Shown here in pieces: positions 60,043-64,000 of a stretch of DNA of 64,000 nt. The translations under genes were made by a program, and so were the position numbers. The notes under the pieces are model-generated. The model was given only the letters and a program-made list of their open reading frames with translations. It did no database searches and was not told the DNA's origin. This stretch comes from an uncultured Lachnospiraceae bacterium. GTDB taxonomy: Bacteria; Bacillota; Clostridia; Lachnospirales; Lachnospiraceae. The stretch spans positions 703 to 64,702 of the forward strand of contig CAJTVK010000005.1 in assembly GCA_910579645.1 (NCBI GenBank). Reading direction: 5' to 3'. How positions within the stretch are numbered: position 1 is the first letter of the stretch; each line of letters begins with the position of its first letter.

Positions 60043-61119
60043 TTATAAAATGGTTCCGCCGCCAAGAACATAGCCGTTTTCGTAGAAAACGGCTGCCTGC
60101 CCCGGAGTCACTGCCCGCACCGGTTCCCGGAAAATGCATCTGACCCTGTCCTCCCCTATCTTTTCCAAGCGGCAGGGAGTCCCTTTATGGGCATACCGGA
60201 TTTTCACCATGGCATCCCTCGGTTCCTCCAAATTTTCCATCCCCATATAATGAATCTTGCCACAGGTCAGTTCCCCGGAAAATACATCATCGTTTTCCCC
60301 TATCATCACTTCGTTCGTCTCCGGACAGATCCGGGTCACAAACACCGGATGTCCCAGAGCCAGATTCAATCCCTTGCGCTGCCCCACCGTATAATGGGTA
60401 ATGCCTTTATGGCGGCCTATGATTTCTCCCGAAGCCGTCACAAAATTTCCGGGACCGGGCACACATTCCCCTGCCTGCCGGTCTATGAAACCTGCATAAT
60501 CGTTGTCCGGAATAAAGCATATCTCCTGACTGTCCGGCTTATCCGCCACCGGCAGCCCCAGCTTCCGCGCAATCTCCCGAATCCGGCTTTTTTCATAATC
60601 GCCTGCCGGCATCAGTGTATGCGACAGCTGATATTGCGTCAGACTGTACAAGGCATATGTCTGGTCTTTTGCCTCCGTCACCGAATTGCGCAAAGCATAG
60701 CGGCCGTTCGGCAGCTTCTCCACTCTGGCATAATGGCCGGTGGCAATATAATCCGCACCCAACGCCAGGCTTCTTTGCAGAAGCGACTCCCATTTCACAT
60801 AACGGTTACAGGCAATGCAGGGATTAGGCGTCCGTCCGTGCAGATATTCTTCCACAAAATAATCCGTCACCTTTTCCCGGAATTCTTTCCTGAAATTCAT
60901 CACATAATGCGGAATGCCAAGGAACTGCGCCGCCCTCCTTGCGTCCTCCACTGCGGAAAGTCCGCAGCAGCCGCCGTTCTCTTCCTTTGCTGCCTCGTCC
61001 TCGTCCTGCCAGACCTGCATCGTCACGCCTATGACCCGGTATCCCTGCTCCTGCAGCAAATATGCGGCCACTGACGAATCCACGCCTCCCGACATCCCTA
61101 CCACCACTGTTTCCTTCAT
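60043..61119 (-). CDS. mnmA: tRNA 2-thiouridylase MnmA
   Basis: SGGVDS, TPNPC..CN, ATGHY, DSQEICF, TPGQ. Confidence 0.95.
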   Translation of the reverse strand: MKETVVVGMSGGVDSSVAAYLLQEQGYRVIGVTMQVWQDEDEAAKEENGGCCGLSAVEDARRAAQFLGIPHYVMNFRKEFREKVTDYFVEEYLHGRTPNPCIACNRYVKWESLLQRSLALGADYIATGHYARVEKLPNGRYALRNSVTEAKDQTYALYSLTQYQLSHTLMPAGDYEKSRIREIARKLGLPVADKPDSQEICFIPDNDYAGFIDRQAGECVPGPGNFVTASGEIIGRHKGITHYTVGQRKGLNLALGHPVFVTRICPETNEVMIGENDDVFSGELTCGKIHYMGMENLEEPRDAMVKIRYAHKGTPCRLEKIGEDRVRCIFREPVRAVTPGQAAVFYENGYVLGGGTIL

Positions 61120-61121
61120 TC

Positions 61122-61616
61122 TCAAAACCCTTCCTGTCCTTCCAGAATCTCCCTCCAACAGCCCAGCAGCCTGTCCAGGGAGAATGCCGCATTGGCCGGG
61201 CTGGTAGACGGCAGTTTATGAATTTCCAGCCCCGTGCTTTCCCTGCAGAAACGGTTGTACAGCTGACAGGCCTTATCACCGTTCCCGTAAACCCTCTTGA
61301 TGGAGCTGTTCCGCAGCAGCCCCGCAATGTCATTGGCTTCCACATCCCGGATGGAACTGTCGCTGGAGCCCTCAATTTCGCAAGTACGGATCACATCCCA
61401 TATGGCAAAACCGTGCTTTAAGAGCAATGCTTTCTTCTCTTCTATGCTTTCCGGCACTTTCTCACCGGTAAGCCCCGCCAGCACCTTCCAGAACCGGTTC
61501 TGCGGGTGCCCGTAATAAAAGGCGCTTTCTCTGGATTTCACCGAAGGGAAAGTGCCCAGTATCAGTATTTCCGATTTCTTGTCATAAATCGGTTCAAACG
61601 TATGCGTAACTTTCAT
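61122..61616 (-). CDS. DNA-deoxyinosine / UDG-family glycosylase
   Basis: LILGTFPS, YYGHPQNRFW, LPSTSPANA. Confidence 0.88.
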   Translation of the reverse strand: MKVTHTFEPIYDKKSEILILGTFPSVKSRESAFYYGHPQNRFWKVLAGLTGEKVPESIEEKKALLLKHGFAIWDVIRTCEIEGSSDSSIRDVEANDIAGLLRNSSIKRVYGNGDKACQLYNRFCRESTGLEIHKLPSTSPANAAFSLDRLLGCWREILEGQEGF

Positions 61617-61635
61617 CTCAGCCTCTTATCGTGAA

Positions 61636-62076
61636 CTAATACTCTTCCCCTTCTTCCTCACCCTCATGGATATCCGACTTAGGCGGCTCCAGCCCCTCTA
61701 TCTCTATCCCGTGCTTCTTTGCATAGTCCCACAACGCCGCATGGATTGCCTCTTCCGCCAGCAGGGAGCAGTGCACCTTCACCGGCGGCAGGCCGTCCAA
61801 TGCTTCCATCACTGCCCGATTGGTTACTTTCATGGCTTCCTCAATGCTTTTCCCTTTTACCAGTTCCGTCGCCATGCTGCTGGTTGCCACGGCTGCGCCG
61901 CATCCGAACGTTTTAAACTTGCAGTCCCGTATGATGCCGTCGTCGTCAATATCCAAATATATCCTCATAATATCCCCGCACTTTGCATTGCCCACCGTAC
62001 CGACTCCGCTGGCATCCTCTATTTCCCCTACATTTCTCGGATTCTGAAAATGATCCATCACTTTTTCGCTATACAT
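61636..62076 (-). CDS. iscU: Fe-S scaffold IscU/NifU
   Basis: NPRNVG, CGD, FKTFGCG, KVHCS. Confidence 0.93.
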   Translation of the reverse strand: MYSEKVMDHFQNPRNVGEIEDASGVGTVGNAKCGDIMRIYLDIDDDGIIRDCKFKTFGCGAAVATSSMATELVKGKSIEEAMKVTNRAVMEALDGLPPVKVHCSLLAEEAIHAALWDYAKKHGIEIEGLEPPKSDIHEGEEEGEEY

Positions 62077-62164
62077 CTATGATTCCCTCTTTCTTTTTCC
62101 AAAACGTTTCCATTCCTTTCACGGCCCATAAATCCGCCCTCGGTTCTCCCGCTTCTCCTTCGGC

Positions 62165-63349
62165 TTATGGAACGTTCTTTTTTATGAAATCCTCATACAG
62201 AGGAGACATTTCCCGCAGCTTTCCCACAATTTCTTTTATCGCCTCCACCGTCCGGTCCATTTCCTCCCTTGTATTCTCCGCGCCTACCGTCAGCCGCAGG
62301 GAGCCATGGGCAATTTCATGGGGCAGGCCGACAGCAAGCAGCACATGGGACGGATCCAAGGAACCGGAAGTACATGCCGAACCGCTGGACGCGCAGATTC
62401 CTTTCATATCCAGCATAATAAGCAGCGATTCCCCTTCCACAAACCGGAAGCTGAAGTTCACATTATTGGAAAGCCGCCTCTCCCTGTCGCCGTTCAGCCT
62501 GCAATAAGGTATCTCTTTCTCAATCCTGTCCGTCAGATAATCCCTCAGTGCCCGCTCTTTCTTTTCATTTTCCTCCATCCGTTCGGCAGCCAGTTCCGCC
62601 GCCTTGCCGATTCCTACGATTCCCGGCACGTTTTCGGTTCCCGCCCGGCGTCCCCGCTCCTGCTGCCCGCCATGGAGAAAAGAGCGCAGCTTCAGGCCGG
62701 TGCGGATATACAGAAAGCCAATCCCTTTCGGTCCGTAAAATTTATGCCCGCTGGCACTCAGCATATCAATATTCATTTCCTCTGCCCGAATCGGCATATG
62801 CCCATAAGCCTGCACCGCATCCGTATGGAACAGAATCCCCCGCTCCCGTGCAATGGCTCCGATTTCTTTGATTGGCTGCACCGTGCCTATCTCATTATTG
62901 GCAAACATCACCGAAATCAATATGGTATCCGGACGGATGGCATGTTTCAGTTCTTCCAGTTTCAGTATGCCGTTTTCGTCCACATTGACATAAGTAACCT
63001 CAAATCCTCTTTTTTCCAAATAGGCACAAGTATGCAGCACCGCATGGTGCTCGATTTTGGATGTAATGATATGTTTCCCTTTGGATTCATAAGCCTCCGC
63101 AGCGGCAACCAGTGCCCAATTATCGGCTTCCGAACCGCCGGCAGTGAAATAAATCTCGTTTGTCTTCACCCCCAAGGTAGCGGCAATCGTTTCCCTCGCC
63201 TTCATCACCGCTCCTTTCGCCGCCGAACCGGCGGAGTATATGCTGCTTGGATTCCCGTAATAATCGGTAAAATACGGCAGCATTGCTTCCACCACCTGAG
63301 GCGACGTTTTTGTAGTTGCCGCATGATCCAAATATATTGTCTGTCCCAT
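62165..63349 (-). CDS. iscS: Host cysteine desulfurase IscS/NifS
   Basis: YLDHAATT, HTDAVQ, SGHKFYGPKG, SSGSACTSG. Confidence 0.95.
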   Translation of the reverse strand: MGQTIYLDHAATTKTSPQVVEAMLPYFTDYYGNPSSIYSAGSAAKGAVMKARETIAATLGVKTNEIYFTAGGSEADNWALVAAAEAYESKGKHIITSKIEHHAVLHTCAYLEKRGFEVTYVNVDENGILKLEELKHAIRPDTILISVMFANNEIGTVQPIKEIGAIARERGILFHTDAVQAYGHMPIRAEEMNIDMLSASGHKFYGPKGIGFLYIRTGLKLRSFLHGGQQERGRRAGTENVPGIVGIGKAAELAAERMEENEKKERALRDYLTDRIEKEIPYCRLNGDRERRLSNNVNFSFRFVEGESLLIMLDMKGICASSGSACTSGSLDPSHVLLAVGLPHEIAHGSLRLTVGAENTREEMDRTVEAIKEIVGKLREMSPLYEDFIKKNVP

Positions 63350-63476
63350 ATTTTTCTTTCCGCCCTTTCCTGACTAATATTTTATGCTTTATAGTTTTGC
63401 TATCATCAAGCAAATCCGGAAAACTGCACAAAAGATTCTTTAATTCCTAGTAAACCACTACGGATTGAATGATTTC

Positions 63477-63505
63477 ACTATACCACGGGCAACTTGTTCT
63501 GTCAA
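63477..63505 (-). promoter_or_regulatory. sigmaA promoter of iscS operon
   Basis: TTGACA-N17-TATAGT on minus strand. Confidence 0.7.
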
Positions 63506-63554
63506 TAAACCGCCTTGCATATATTTATAAACAAACCCTTCCGGCAGGTATTGC

Positions 63555-64000
63555 ATGAAAAAATCAAATCCTCTTATCACAGGCACCATCATTTTGACCG
63601 TCACCGGTTTTGTCAGCCGTTTCATCGGCTTTTTTTACCGCATCTTCCTTTCCCGCGTATTTGGTGCCGAAGGCATGGGGCTGTACCAGCTTACCGCTCC
63701 GGTACTGGCACTGTCCTTTTCCCTTACCGTATCCGGAATCCAGACTGCTATCTCCAAATTCGTGGCAAGCGAAACCACTACCCACGATTACGGAAATTCC
63801 TTCCGTACCCTTTTTACCGGTTTCGGCATATCCATGCTGCTGTCCGCTGCCTGCACTGCATACATCTACCTGTTTTCGGATACCATTGCGGAAAAGCTCC
63901 TGTTTGAGCCAAGGACTGCCCCCCTGCTCCGCATTATTGCCCTTTCCATACCGATGACTACCGTACACTCCTGCATCAACGGCTATTTCTACGGAATCCG
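63555..64000 (+). CDS. SpoVB/MurJ-like polysaccharide flippase, 3'-partial
   Basis: MKKSNPLITGTIILTVTGFVSRFIGFFYRIFLSRVFGAEGMGLYQL; not in ORF track because it runs off the window. Confidence 0.8.
   Translation, partial: MKKSNPLITGTIILTVTGFVSRFIGFFYRIFLSRVFGAEGMGLYQLTAPVLALSFSLTVSGIQTAISKFVASETTTHDYGNSFRTLFTGFGISMLLSAACTAYIYLFSDTIAEKLLFEPRTAPLLRIIALSIPMTTVHSCINGYFYGI

Overview
Firmicute chromosome, probably Lachnospiraceae, in two parts. (1) About 1-25.7 kb is the AT-rich right arm of an SPbeta-like prophage or prophage-derived element, transcribed on +. It carries a CoiA-like nuclease, a YonO-like single-subunit two-barrel RNA polymerase, HU, a tail tube, a phage-borne cysteine desulfurase, holins, a dual-catalytic endolysin and baseplate/tail-fibre genes. 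No terminase, portal, capsid or tape-measure gene is recognisable in the window. The arm ends in what looks like a four-cassette tail-fibre shufflon: four identical 14-bp TAAACAGCAATTTA sites in alternating orientation, each in frame with a different C-terminal domain, around a tyrosine recombinase whose promoter is overlapped by LexA-type boxes. (2) About 25.8-64 kb is GC-richer host DNA, mostly on the - strand: yaaA, bcp, cutC, htpG with CIRCE, sbcCD, cheR, rpsA, ispH, cmk, a Y-family polymerase, gap-pgk-tpiA and iscS-iscU-mnmA. Within it the spore cortex-lytic enzyme gene sleC is split by a 3594-bp skin-like element. The element encodes a large serine recombinase and is bounded by 13-bp direct repeats whose recombination would restore an intact 422-aa SleC. 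All function calls come from reading motifs by eye; no database searches were run.
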